NCBI GenBank assembly: GCA_963977015.1
Contig: CAXBMO010000005.1
Location: forward strand, 224,001 to 288,000
Direction: 5' to 3'
Source of the DNA: an uncultured bacterium
GTDB lineage: Bacteria; Verrucomicrobiota; Verrucomicrobiia; Verrucomicrobiales; DEV007
DNA: 64,000 nucleotides
Made by a program: the position numbers and the translations under genes. Positions 39,502-49,376 of the stretch are shown here, one piece after another (the first letter of the stretch is position 1; the number at the start of each line of letters is the position of its first letter). Under the pieces are notes generated by a model. It saw nothing but the letters and a program-made list of their open reading frames with translations. It was not told where the DNA came from and searched no databases.

Positions 39502-40266
39502 ATGAAATTCAATATTTGCTTGGCAGTACTACTCGTTTTTTGTCCCTTGGTTTTGTTCGGGCAGAAAGACAGTTTCCCTCCCCTTTCAGAGGAACAATCA
39601 ATGGCCGAGGGTTGGGTGGATGAGTATTCCGGGAAAACCATCAAGGCTGGCGATATGGCCTACAAACTCATCAATCATCGTATAAAGCATTCTCCGCGAG
39701 TTGGAATGCGCGCTCCCGAATTCAGACTCTATTCCATTCAGAGAAAAGAATTCGTTACCCTTGAATCGCTCCGTCGAGAAAAAGATGTTGTCCTGCTTTT
39801 TTCGAGTTGGACGTGCAATGTTTTTATGGAATCAGCATTGGGGCTATCTTCGCTGGCCTCCGAATTCAAGGATTCTGCCAATTTTGTATTCGTCTACATC
39901 CGTGAGGCACATCCCGGGAACGGCGGATTCGGGGAAATATTAGATCCTAGATCTGATGAGGAGCGAATTCAGGCAGCTCAGAGATTTAAGAATCAAGTCC
40001 GTCTTCCGTTCGAAATTCTGGTGGATCCTCACAAGGATCCAATGGCGACAAGGTGGGCAGCGTGGCCCGTCCGAGTCTATGTTGTCGATACCAACGGAAT
40101 TGTGATCTACAGCGGGGCACAAGGACCGTGGAGTTATCGCCCCTACGAAGGTTTTCTGCACGGCGACGGAAGCTGGGACGACATTGACCAAGGCTTCAAC
40201 GAGGACACTCTTGAATCCTTTTTGAGATCTCGTTTTTGCCGTGAGATAAGCACGGGGGCTCAGTGA
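39502..40266 (+). CDS. Secreted iodothyronine-deiodinase-like thioredoxin-fold protein (Cys form)
   Basis: VGMRAPEFRL, LLFSSWTCNVF, FVYIREAHP and AAWPVRVYVV motifs. Confidence 0.75.
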   Translation: MKFNICLAVLLVFCPLVLFGQKDSFPPLSEEQSMAEGWVDEYSGKTIKAGDMAYKLINHRIKHSPRVGMRAPEFRLYSIQRKEFVTLESLRREKDVVLLFSSWTCNVFMESALGLSSLASEFKDSANFVFVYIREAHPGNGGFGEILDPRSDEERIQAAQRFKNQVRLPFEILVDPHKDPMATRWAAWPVRVYVVDTNGIVIYSGAQGPWSYRPYEGFLHGDGSWDDIDQGFNEDTLESFLRSRFCREISTGAQ

Positions 40267-40323
40267 TTCACACAACGAAGGCCGACACCCAGAGGAGCGT
40301 TTTCAACTGATGACGGACGCTCC

Positions 40324-42681
40324 CTAGTAGTATTTGCCGAGCGTCGACTTCCAGACCTCTTTCATCTTCCCAATTTCAAGGTCAATAGCTCCCGAAACCT
40401 TGAACCGGTCGGAGCCCGCAACCGTTTTTCCGATTTCGAGCGCTGAGTTTCCAAAATGCTTTTGCACTTCGGCGGCGTCAGATGCCGCGACCTCGATCAC
40501 GATGCGGCCCGGAGTTTCGGAAAACATCTCAGCCACTGAGTCACCAAGTTTCAGTTCAACCCCGGCGACCTCTGAGAAAGCCATCTCGGCGAGGGTGGTG
40601 AGAAGCCCTCCTTCTGAAACATCGTGGGCCGAACGAATCCAGCCGGATTTGACCGCTGCGAAGTAGCTCCGATAGAGCGACAAATTGGCTTCCAGTTCCG
40701 TTTTCGGGACGGGTTGCGCCCCGAGGTCGAGTTTGCGGGCGAGCACGCTGCCACCAAGATCAGCCGTTGTCTTGCCGAGGAGCATCAGGACCGAGTCGGT
40801 TCCCGTGATCGACGAGCCGACAATGTGATCTGCGCTTTCGACAATCCCCATGCCACTCAGGAGCAGGGTTACCGGGATGGAAATCGATTCGCCATCGACT
40901 TCGAAAAAGTTGTAAAATGAGTCTTTGCCGGAGACGAAGGGTGCCTGATAGGCAAGGGCCGCTTCGGCCATCCCCTTACAGCTTTCGACCAAGGCTCCGA
41001 GTTCGCGGGGATCATCGGGATTCCCCATGCAAAAGTTGTCGAGAATCGCGATGCGATCGGGATCCGAGCCGACCGTAACGAGTTGGCGGACACATTCATC
41101 GACCACGGCCGCTCCCATGGCGTAAGGGTCGGTTTTTCCCCACTCCGGCAAAATGGCCAGGCCCATGGCCATGAGTTGATCGCTGCCATCAATGTGCATG
41201 ACGGCACCGTCCTGAGGCGCATCGCCTTTCGCGCCTGCCAATGGTTTCAGGTAGGTGTTGCCCTGCACCTCATGGTCGTATTCGCGGATGATTGGCGCAC
41301 GACTGCAAATCGCGAAATCGCCGAGCACTTCCAGGAGCGTCTCGTTGAGATCGAGGCTCTCCAGGTTGGGGGCCGGGTCATTGGGAACGGGAGACCACTC
41401 GCTGGTGCGATATTGTCGCGGAGCGGTGTGGAGCTTGGAATTGTCCAGCTCACAGACCATTTCGCCATTGTGACGAATCTTGAGGATTCCGGAACCGTCG
41501 GCCTGGCCCAGGACGCACATCTCCGTCTCGTAAATTTCAGCCAACCGTTCAAGTTGGGGCAGGGATTCCTCGGCGACGGCGAGCACCATGCGCTCCTGGC
41601 TTTCCGAGATGAAGATTTCCCAGCTGATGAGGCCTTCCTCCTTGAGCGGCGCATTCTCGAGATACAACTCACCGCCAATTTCGCTCAACATTTCCCCGGC
41701 GGCAGACGAGAACCCGCCAGCGCCGCAATCGGTGACAAATTCGATCAAGCCCTGCGCGCGTGCATCGAGAATGAAATCGCTAACCTTTTTCTCTTCGATC
41801 GGGTTCCCAATTTGGACGGCTTGGATATCTTCCTGGTGACTGGCGTCATCGAGCGCCATGGAGGAAAAGGTCGCTCCCTTAAGGCCATCCCGCCCCGTTC
41901 GACCACCCACGGCCACCACTTTCATCCCGGCTTCCACCGTTTTTGGGATGTCGGCAATCGGGATTACGCCGGCAGTGCCACAATAAACCAGAGGGTTATA
42001 AATGTAGGCCGGATCAAACTGGATCGCTCCGGAAACCGTGGGAATCCCCATGCGGTTCCCGTAATCCCGAACGCCGCGCACGACTCCTCGCATGATGCCA
42101 AGCGGATGAATCACGTCGTCGGTGCGAAGATCCCCGGCATTCGTGTCAGGCGGTCCAAAGCAGAAGACGTCCAGATTGGCGATGGGCTTGGCGCCCTTGC
42201 CGGCCCCGAGAATATCGCGAATCACGCCGCCGAGTCCGGTATTCGCGCCCGCATAGGGCTCGATGGCGCTGGGATGATTGTGCGTTTCGGCTTTCAGGCA
42301 AATCGCGAGGTTCTCATCGAGCTTGATGAAACCGGCGTTGTCGTCGAACGCGGCAACGACAAATCCCGGCTTTTGCTCGCGAATCCGGTCGGTGATCGCT
42401 TTGACGTAGGTCTTGAAAAGTCCATCGACGGTCTCCGTTTTGCCATCGTTGGTGTGCTGGATCTCCGCGCCAAAAATCCGGTGTTTGCAGTGCTCGCTCC
42501 ACGTTTGCGCAATGACTTCCAGTTCAACATCCGTTGGTTCGCGATCCCAATTCTGATAGATTTTCTGGACTTCGAGCATGTCCTCCCGGCTCAGCGAGAG
42601 TTTCATATCGGTGCTGAGCGCGAGCAACGCATCGGCGTCCAGGCCGGAAATGGGGATGTGGCGATAGGTCTTTGAGGACAT
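40324..42681 (-). CDS. purL: Phosphoribosylformylglycinamidine synthase subunit PurL
   Basis: QTWSEHCKH, KAETHNHPSAIEP, DCGAGG, SESQERM and SAHDVSEGG motifs. Confidence 0.95.
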   Translation of the reverse strand: MSSKTYRHIPISGLDADALLALSTDMKLSLSREDMLEVQKIYQNWDREPTDVELEVIAQTWSEHCKHRIFGAEIQHTNDGKTETVDGLFKTYVKAITDRIREQKPGFVVAAFDDNAGFIKLDENLAICLKAETHNHPSAIEPYAGANTGLGGVIRDILGAGKGAKPIANLDVFCFGPPDTNAGDLRTDDVIHPLGIMRGVVRGVRDYGNRMGIPTVSGAIQFDPAYIYNPLVYCGTAGVIPIADIPKTVEAGMKVVAVGGRTGRDGLKGATFSSMALDDASHQEDIQAVQIGNPIEEKKVSDFILDARAQGLIEFVTDCGAGGFSSAAGEMLSEIGGELYLENAPLKEEGLISWEIFISESQERMVLAVAEESLPQLERLAEIYETEMCVLGQADGSGILKIRHNGEMVCELDNSKLHTAPRQYRTSEWSPVPNDPAPNLESLDLNETLLEVLGDFAICSRAPIIREYDHEVQGNTYLKPLAGAKGDAPQDGAVMHIDGSDQLMAMGLAILPEWGKTDPYAMGAAVVDECVRQLVTVGSDPDRIAILDNFCMGNPDDPRELGALVESCKGMAEAALAYQAPFVSGKDSFYNFFEVDGESISIPVTLLLSGMGIVESADHIVGSSITGTDSVLMLLGKTTADLGGSVLARKLDLGAQPVPKTELEANLSLYRSYFAAVKSGWIRSAHDVSEGGLLTTLAEMAFSEVAGVELKLGDSVAEMFSETPGRIVIEVAASDAAEVQKHFGNSALEIGKTVAGSDRFKVSGAIDLEIGKMKEVWKSTLGKYY

Positions 42682-42683
42682 GA

Positions 42684-43145
42684 TCAACAGGCGGCTAAAG
42701 ACTTCTCTTGAATGTTCCAGTTGTGAATCGCCCGATTGACGATGTCGCGCTCAAATTGCTGAACAACTTGTTTTGAGGCCTCGCCGAAAACATAAATCCG
42801 GTGCCTGATCGCGAGACTCTCCAATTCAAATCCAGGGTCTTCCAAACTGCGATAGTAGTTCAAAACGGCTTCTTTTTCCAAGTCCAGCGCTCCCGGCTTC
42901 ATCCCGTAATCCAGAACAAACGCGAAGTCACTCCAAGGCTCAGCCCCGGTGGAGAGGTCCTGGCTTATCTCATCGAGCAGACACTTGCGGACAAACTCGG
43001 TCAGGCGATCAACCGGACCGCCAAAGTCGAATTCATAACTCCGTGACTGCCGATAGCTCAGCGTCCCGCTCAGCGGCGCATAGAGCAGGGCATTGCAGTC
43101 TGCGGGTTCCTCAAATTTTCCTGTGATTTCGTAGCGGGTATACAC
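42684..43145 (-). CDS. PurS-like protein
   Basis: Immediately upstream of purL; YGMKPGALD and IVNRAIH resemble PurS motifs. Confidence 0.55.
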   Translation of the reverse strand: MYTRYEITGKFEEPADCNALLYAPLSGTLSYRQSRSYEFDFGGPVDRLTEFVRKCLLDEISQDLSTGAEPWSDFAFVLDYGMKPGALDLEKEAVLNYYRSLEDPGFELESLAIRHRIYVFGEASKQVVQQFERDIVNRAIHNWNIQEKSLAAC

Positions 43146-43208
43146 GGCGTGTTCGGTCTAACAGAGCCGCCATTCTTCCACGCTACCAAGTGGGTTTGCA
43201 AACGCTTT

Positions 43209-44390
43209 TCAGCCTTCAAAAGTTGCGCTAACCAAGCTTCCGGAATCGGCTTCCTCCGCCTCAACCGGCTCGACCACCGCCCGGGGAGTTGCGGTTTCCT
43301 CGGCAAATGAAGCCTCTTCCCAACTCGAAAAGTAAACCGGACTCGAGGCGACTTCTTCCGCGATCGCCGCGCCCACTTCCCGCATCCGAACTTCCGCTGC
43401 AACTTCGTCCGCGATCAGGCGCCAATTGAGATTCGCGACCGAATCATCGCTTTTCCGCAGCTGATCGAGGAAAATTTCTCCGAAGTTGCTGTACACTTCA
43501 CCGGAGGTTCCACGAAAGCTGTCACGATCGTGTCGGGTCGCGGTGAGGACGGCGAGATTTGGCACGTTGGTCAGAGTATCCTCGGCCAGTTCTTCGAAAT
43601 TACTCCTCACAAAGCCACCACTGTAATCAGCCTGCAGCACGACGTATTTTGGAGTTTCCTCAGGGAATTCCGCCAAAACCTGCTTCAAATAGCGCGGAGT
43701 GAACAATAGATGCTCGATCGCGATTCCATCACGGAGAGCCTCCAACCTCATCCGGGAATTCATGTGGCCGCTGGGGCCGCCGGCCAGATCAATGCGATAT
43801 TGGCCAAAGTATTCCGTGTGATGTTGCGCCAACTCACGTTCCACGCCGTTGGCTTGATCCACCCAGATTGGCTTTCGCCCCTTTCCTGCCGCATACAAGT
43901 AGACAAATTCCGGTTCCCCTTTAATCGCCTCCCTCATGTGACGGTAGATCAGATGCGGCGCCGCGAGATAGAAGCCTTCCACTTCGGTTGCCAATTGATC
44001 AAACTGTTCCCGGTGAGCTTCGTATTCGGCCGGATTTGGCTTTACGTAAAAACAACTAATCCCGCTCGCCGGATGCCCTGACTGGATCAACAGGCGCCGA
44101 TGGTCGACAATTTCCTGGAGATAATTGGGAGATTCCGCTCCGCCGGCAATCAGGAAAATGTGGGCGCTGGAGGATGCGGTGGTTCGGTTGTAGTCCGGAA
44201 ATTGATCCTTCACACTGAGGTCACCGGTGGTCTCCTCGTCGGTCAGATCTCGAAGCTTCAAGGGTTCGCCCGAGACGGCTGTGAGATCTTTTTTTCCGAG
44301 GTCTGTAACGGAGCAGCTGGTTAGGCCCACGACCCCCGCCAGCAAAGAAAGAACGGCGAGATATCGGATGGAAATGGGAAACTCGAACAT
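43209..44390 (-). CDS. Lipoprotein, peptidase C13 / clan CD-like, catalytic dyad apparently lost
   Basis: Lipobox LTSC; VYLYAAGKG, VVLQADYSGGF and VLTATRHDRDSF mirror C13 motifs. Confidence 0.6.
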   Translation of the reverse strand: MFEFPISIRYLAVLSLLAGVVGLTSCSVTDLGKKDLTAVSGEPLKLRDLTDEETTGDLSVKDQFPDYNRTTASSSAHIFLIAGGAESPNYLQEIVDHRRLLIQSGHPASGISCFYVKPNPAEYEAHREQFDQLATEVEGFYLAAPHLIYRHMREAIKGEPEFVYLYAAGKGRKPIWVDQANGVERELAQHHTEYFGQYRIDLAGGPSGHMNSRMRLEALRDGIAIEHLLFTPRYLKQVLAEFPEETPKYVVLQADYSGGFVRSNFEELAEDTLTNVPNLAVLTATRHDRDSFRGTSGEVYSNFGEIFLDQLRKSDDSVANLNWRLIADEVAAEVRMREVGAAIAEEVASSPVYFSSWEEASFAEETATPRAVVEPVEAEEADSGSLVSATFEG

Positions 44391-44527
44391 AGGCGGGGCA
44401 ATTTTGAATGGAGGAAACCTCTGAAAGTTACTTTCGAGAAATTAACTATCAACAGAACTTGTTAATTTTGTTCTGTGTCAGGTTAGCGCCCTCCAGTTCA
44501 AAGGGTTGGAAACCGCCGGGCTGAATT

Positions 44528-46486
44528 TCAGCCGTCCAGTTCTTTCAATTCCTCCTCAAAACCTCCCGACAAGATGGGAAATCGACACCAGGTTTTGGGG
44601 TCGAGATTCGCGTCATCCAGATGAAAGGACGGAGCATAACGCTCGCGCTTCCACTGATTGCGGCTCCAGAGCGTGAAAAATCGTTTCACCCAGCCTTTGA
44701 GAAGAGGCTCGTCATGCTTGGGAAACTGAACGCACATCAGCTCGAAAACGGCTTTGGGCATTTTCTTGTCGCGAATCGCGGCGCATTCGATCGCATTGAG
44801 GACCGGATACGGCATCAGGTCGTCCTCATCGGTCTGCTTCGACGCCTGAGGCCGCAATTCTGCGGTAGGTTGCTGATCGTTGATGAATTTGAGCGCGGGA
44901 ATCGGCTCGATGTCCGGGCCGCCCTCCGTTTCCAACCACCGCAGCCAATTTCGCAAAAACGCTTTATCGATCCCGGCAATGGGGCTCAATCCACCACTCG
45001 TATCGCCATCCATCGTGGCGTATCCCACGGCTGCTTCGGAGCGATTGCTGGTGCTGAGGAGCAACGCGCCCTTGATGTTGGTCAGCATCCAGATTCCGGG
45101 AGAGCGAACGCGAGCCTGGATGTTTTGCAGCGCGATATCGTCCTTTTCCCAAGTGAGCTCGCGCCCAATGGATTCAGCGATTCGGGCGGAATACCCTTCG
45201 ACCAATTCCTCGATATCCCACTCATGAAACCCCGCGCCCAGCGCGGAAGCGACTTCGCGTGCGGCGGTTCTCGTCACCTCGCCGCTGTTTCGCGTGGCCT
45301 GGTAAACGCAGGTCAGCAGGTTCGATGGCCAATCTTCCACTTTCTTCCCGAGCCAGTCTCCCAACCGGCTCTTGACCTCGGCGTCGCCCAGTTCCTCCCG
45401 GGCAAGGCTCAACATGAGGTGAACGAGGCAGGCAACCGCTCCTGAATCCGCCCCGCCGCTGAGCGAAACGACGAATCCGCGACTGTGGCTTTTTCTCAGG
45501 TAATCGAAAAGTCCCAACGACACCGCGCGGCTGAACTCGGACTCTTTCGACATCGGTCCGGTTGGCATGGCTTCCGGTAATTCGGGAGCCACTTCCGGCC
45601 AATCGAACGCGACCGCCGGCAGATCGCGATGGGTTTCCGGATCAATGTCGCGACTGACGACTCGAGCTTGAAGCGTGCGGATTTGGTGAAGGTCGAAAAC
45701 CGCACTAGTGACGTGAACCTCGCCAAACTTGAGACGCGGCCCTTCCGCGAGGAGCCGGCCGCCACTCGCCAAAATGCAGCCTCCATCGTAGATCGAGCGG
45801 CCCGCCTCATTCCCCATCAAATTCGCGTAAACGTAGCCACACGAAAACGCGCGGGAGTTGTCCAGGATGAACCCTTTGCGCGTATCCTGCTTGCCAAAGG
45901 CGAAGTGGCTCGCGCTGGGATTCAGAATGATATCCAAGCCCTCCCTGGCCAGTTTGATTCCGGGCGGATCCGTAACCCAGGCATCTTCACAGATTTCGAG
46001 GCCGACCCGCACTTTCCCAGTCTTGGAATTGCCGATTTCGAAAAGTTGGTCACCGATGAGGTAACCACCCCGCTCGGTTTTGCCGAGTTTCCCTTCGGGC
46101 CAGGCTTTGAACCAGCGCGGCTCATAGTGGAGACCGTCACCGGCCAGATTCTGCTTGGCGACGAGGCCCTTCAATTCGCCATCAACCAGCATCGCAGCCG
46201 CGTTGAACAATCCACCCCGCAGAAAAACGGGTAGCCCAATAACGACGGCCATCCCGACGGTTTCTTGCTGCAGAGACTCCAGAACGTCCCAGGCTCGATC
46301 GGCGACATCAATGGAGAGAAACGCGTCTTCGCAACCGTATCCCGTGATCGAAAGCTCTGGAAAACAAAGCAGGGAGACGCCCTGCTCGCGCGCCTGACCA
46401 ATGGCTTGAACAATGCGATTGCGGTTTCCGACCCAATCGAGCGGAGTTTGGTTGAGAGCGGCAGCGCCGACACGGATTCGATTCAT
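44528..46486 (-). CDS. nadE: Glutamine-dependent NAD+ synthetase
   Basis: FPELSITGY, EICEDAW, SLSGGADS, QNIQARVR and NQWKRER motifs. Confidence 0.95.
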   Translation of the reverse strand: MNRIRVGAAALNQTPLDWVGNRNRIVQAIGQAREQGVSLLCFPELSITGYGCEDAFLSIDVADRAWDVLESLQQETVGMAVVIGLPVFLRGGLFNAAAMLVDGELKGLVAKQNLAGDGLHYEPRWFKAWPEGKLGKTERGGYLIGDQLFEIGNSKTGKVRVGLEICEDAWVTDPPGIKLAREGLDIILNPSASHFAFGKQDTRKGFILDNSRAFSCGYVYANLMGNEAGRSIYDGGCILASGGRLLAEGPRLKFGEVHVTSAVFDLHQIRTLQARVVSRDIDPETHRDLPAVAFDWPEVAPELPEAMPTGPMSKESEFSRAVSLGLFDYLRKSHSRGFVVSLSGGADSGAVACLVHLMLSLAREELGDAEVKSRLGDWLGKKVEDWPSNLLTCVYQATRNSGEVTRTAAREVASALGAGFHEWDIEELVEGYSARIAESIGRELTWEKDDIALQNIQARVRSPGIWMLTNIKGALLLSTSNRSEAAVGYATMDGDTSGGLSPIAGIDKAFLRNWLRWLETEGGPDIEPIPALKFINDQQPTAELRPQASKQTDEDDLMPYPVLNAIECAAIRDKKMPKAVFELMCVQFPKHDEPLLKGWVKRFFTLWSRNQWKRERYAPSFHLDDANLDPKTWCRFPILSGGFEEELKELDG

Positions 46487-46584
46487 CTTAGCCGGTACCA
46501 TGCCTCATCCGACGGAAGCCGTAAACGCGGATTCTTCTCGACTTGGCTGACCTCACGGTTCAATCTTTTTTTAGCCTCACACGC

Positions 46585-46824
46585 ATGAAACTCACAGGAT
46601 TCACACTCGGGATCATCTGCGCCGTGGCCCTTTCCAGTTGCAAAACGACGGAAACGACCGCCTCCGGCAACCTTCCACTGATTTCCCCGACTCAATTCGA
46701 GCAACGCTACGAGCTCGACCAGGTTCACTCCGCAGTGACCGATACGTTTATCGACCGAACGCAGGTGGTCCCCTCTCAAATCGCCAATCTCCAGGCTGAA
46801 GTGACCGGAATGGGAGTGCGCTGA
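46585..46824 (+). CDS. Small lipoprotein
   Basis: MKLTGFTLGIICAVALSSC lipobox. Confidence 0.6.
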   Translation: MKLTGFTLGIICAVALSSCKTTETTASGNLPLISPTQFEQRYELDQVHSAVTDTFIDRTQVVPSQIANLQAEVTGMGVR

Positions 46825-46828
46825 TCGG

Positions 46829-47527
46829 CTACTTTTGCCCGTAATAGGCGCCGGGGCCGTGTTTGCGAAGATAGTGCTTATTGAGGATGTGCGCCGGTAA
46901 ATCAGGAGCGCCGGGATCAAGTTGGTAGGCCCCCAGAACCATCTGGCAACACACCTCCAAAGCGATGCTGTTCTTTACGGAGTCGACCGCGCCTTTGCCC
47001 CAGGTAAACGGAGCGTGAAACCGCTGAAGCGCGGCCGGCATTTCAACGGGATTGATCTTTCTCTCGCGAAAACACTCCACAATCGCCAAGCCGGTGTTCG
47101 TTTCGTAATCCGCCTCCACTTCTTCCGGCGTTAACTCCCGAACCAACGGAACGGTTCCGTAGAAATGGTCCGCGTGAGTCGTTCCCTGGCAGGGTAATTC
47201 CCGTCCCGCCTGGCAAAACATGACCGCGTTGACACTGTGGGTGTGGGTAATCCCCCCGATTTCAGGAAACTCCCGATAGAGCACGAGATGGGTCGGGGTA
47301 TCGGACGAAGGATTGTAGCTCCCCTCAACCACCTTTCCCTCCAGATCGACGACCACGAGATCCTCCGCCCGGAGATTCGCGTAGGCAACGCCACTTGGCT
47401 TGATCACAAAGCAACCCGAGTCGCGGTCCATTCCACTCACGTTTCCCCAAGTGAGTTTCACCAACCCCTCACTTTCGAGCATCAGGTTCGCCTTCAACAC
47501 TTCCTCACGGAGTTCTTCTAACATCAT
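46829..47527 (-). CDS. araD: L-ribulose-5-phosphate 4-epimerase
   Basis: TWGNVS, IKPSGV, PSSDTPTH, HTHS, GTTHADHF and HYLRKHG..AYYGQ motifs. Confidence 0.95.
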   Translation of the reverse strand: MMLEELREEVLKANLMLESEGLVKLTWGNVSGMDRDSGCFVIKPSGVAYANLRAEDLVVVDLEGKVVEGSYNPSSDTPTHLVLYREFPEIGGITHTHSVNAVMFCQAGRELPCQGTTHADHFYGTVPLVRELTPEEVEADYETNTGLAIVECFRERKINPVEMPAALQRFHAPFTWGKGAVDSVKNSIALEVCCQMVLGAYQLDPGAPDLPAHILNKHYLRKHGPGAYYGQK

Positions 47528-47658
47528 GGGAGGCAATGAGAGCGGAAAAGCGGGGTTTTGTCCATCAGACAGGCTGTTATCTAACAATCCGGTGCATTCC
47601 GGCAAAGTTGACTTTTTATCTTTAGAAAAGAGTTTATCGTTTCCTAACCTATTGTCCC

Positions 47659-48639
47659 ATGAGTTTTGAACCTTCTGATTTTAAGGAACCTGCCACTTCA
47701 ACCTTGGCTCGTAAAATCGCGGCTGTGATGATTCCTGTCGTGGCTGCAGTTCCGGTCACGATTGCGGTCGTCCAGAATTCGAAAAGCAACGTTCCGTCAG
47801 CGCCCGAAATGAACGCGATGCTGGGAGCCGAGGTGCAGGAAGAAACTCCGAGTGTGATATCGAACGATCCCGACATTCCACTGGATACCCCGGAAAATGA
47901 GGTGCCTCCTGGCCCAACCAATTTGGCTGACACCGAAACGCCCTCTGAGGATTTGGCTCCGCAAACCGACGACGCCGCAACTGAGGATTCGGCTTCGAAA
48001 AGTGATTCAGAAGAAGAGCCGCCAATGGATTTGGCCGACACCAGCCTTCCGGCGCCTCCAGCAACAGATCCCATTGCAGAAGTCGTGGAGACACCTGCGG
48101 AACACACCGTTCAGCCGGGAGAAACCCTTTACGGGATTGGTCAGAAGTATGGTCTGGAAGCGGATGAGCTTGCGCAGGCCAATGGCATTCCCATCGACAA
48201 ACCGATTATTCCCGGCCAATCGCTTGGCATTCCCAAAGAGGGACTCCTCGCGGTTTCCGGAAGAAAGCCCTTTACCAGGGATGACACCGTCACTCCGCCA
48301 TCAGGCCCCGTTGCGATGGATCGTTCCGGAACTGACGAAGGCTACTCTCCACCTGCCGCCCCAAGATACATTCCACCTTCCATCCCGGCAGAAAACCTTC
48401 CCGTAGACAAGACAACCCAGGAAAATGGGCGTTTGAGCTGGGACAAATCCAACAGGACCCCGGCAACCGCGAAATATTGCATCGCGTATGTGGTTCATCG
48501 CGGGGACACCCTCGAATCGATCGCGTTTTCACACTCGACGACTGGAGAAATCATCAAGGGAATGAATCACTCCACCGTCATCACTCCCGGCCAGGTTATC
48601 ATGATCCCGGTTGATGGAATCATGACGCCCTGCCAGTAA
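47659..48639 (+). CDS. LysM-domain membrane-anchored protein
   Basis: HTVQPGETLYGIGQKYG and YVVHRGDTLESIA LysM repeats; acidic linker. Confidence 0.85.
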   Translation: MSFEPSDFKEPATSTLARKIAAVMIPVVAAVPVTIAVVQNSKSNVPSAPEMNAMLGAEVQEETPSVISNDPDIPLDTPENEVPPGPTNLADTETPSEDLAPQTDDAATEDSASKSDSEEEPPMDLADTSLPAPPATDPIAEVVETPAEHTVQPGETLYGIGQKYGLEADELAQANGIPIDKPIIPGQSLGIPKEGLLAVSGRKPFTRDDTVTPPSGPVAMDRSGTDEGYSPPAAPRYIPPSIPAENLPVDKTTQENGRLSWDKSNRTPATAKYCIAYVVHRGDTLESIAFSHSTTGEIIKGMNHSTVITPGQVIMIPVDGIMTPCQ

Positions 48640-48701
48640 CCCGCTGCAGGGTTTGCGACTTGGCCTTGAAATCGTTGCATTGCAGCGACAAGGTCGAGGC
48701 A

Positions 48702-49376
48702 ATGAGCGAGTTGATCGTTGAGCTACGACAGGTCACCAAAAAGTACGAGGATCGCGCGGTTTTGCGCAATTTGGAATTCAGCGTCTCTGCTGGAGATCGA
48801 ATTTCGATTGTCGGGTCATCAGGTTGCGGGAAATCCACCCTTTTGAACCTTCTCGGCACCCTCGACCGACCCACCTCCGGGGATATCATCTTCGAAGGGA
48901 AGAATTTGGCCGAATGCAGCGAAGAGGAACTCGCCGCGCTGCGCCGTGAAAAAATCGGGTTCATTTTTCAGCTCCACCATTTGCTGCCCCAGTGCACCGT
49001 TCTTGAGAATATCCTCGTCCCGACTCTCGCCGGTGAAAAGCCGAGCAAAGCAGCCCAATTTGAAGCCAGCAAACGCGGCGAGAAGCTGTTGGAACGCGTC
49101 GGACTGCGCGATCACGTCACCAAGTATCCCGCCCAGCTTTCCGGGGGAGAACGCCAACGCGTCGCCGTGGTTCGCTCCCTCATCAATCAACCCAAGTTGC
49201 TGCTCGCGGATGAGCCGACGGGTGCGCTCGACGAAGAAAATGCGGAACGGCTCGTCGATCTGTTGGTCGAGATCAGCAATGCGGAAGGTGTCGCCCTGGT
49301 GATGGTGACTCATGATCGCAATTTGGCGAACCGGATGCGAGTGACCCGCGAAATCCACGGAGGTCGACTGAAATGA
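48702..49376 (+). CDS. ABC transporter ATP-binding protein (LolD/MacB-like)
   Basis: GSSGCGKST, LSGGERQR and LADEPTGALD motifs. Confidence 0.93.
   Translation: MSELIVELRQVTKKYEDRAVLRNLEFSVSAGDRISIVGSSGCGKSTLLNLLGTLDRPTSGDIIFEGKNLAECSEEELAALRREKIGFIFQLHHLLPQCTVLENILVPTLAGEKPSKAAQFEASKRGEKLLERVGLRDHVTKYPAQLSGGERQRVAVVRSLINQPKLLLADEPTGALDEENAERLVDLLVEISNAEGVALVMVTHDRNLANRMRVTREIHGGRLK

Noticed and set aside
40324-43145. purL lacking a glutaminase domain
   Set aside because: This is the normal small-PurL architecture with separate PurQ/PurS.
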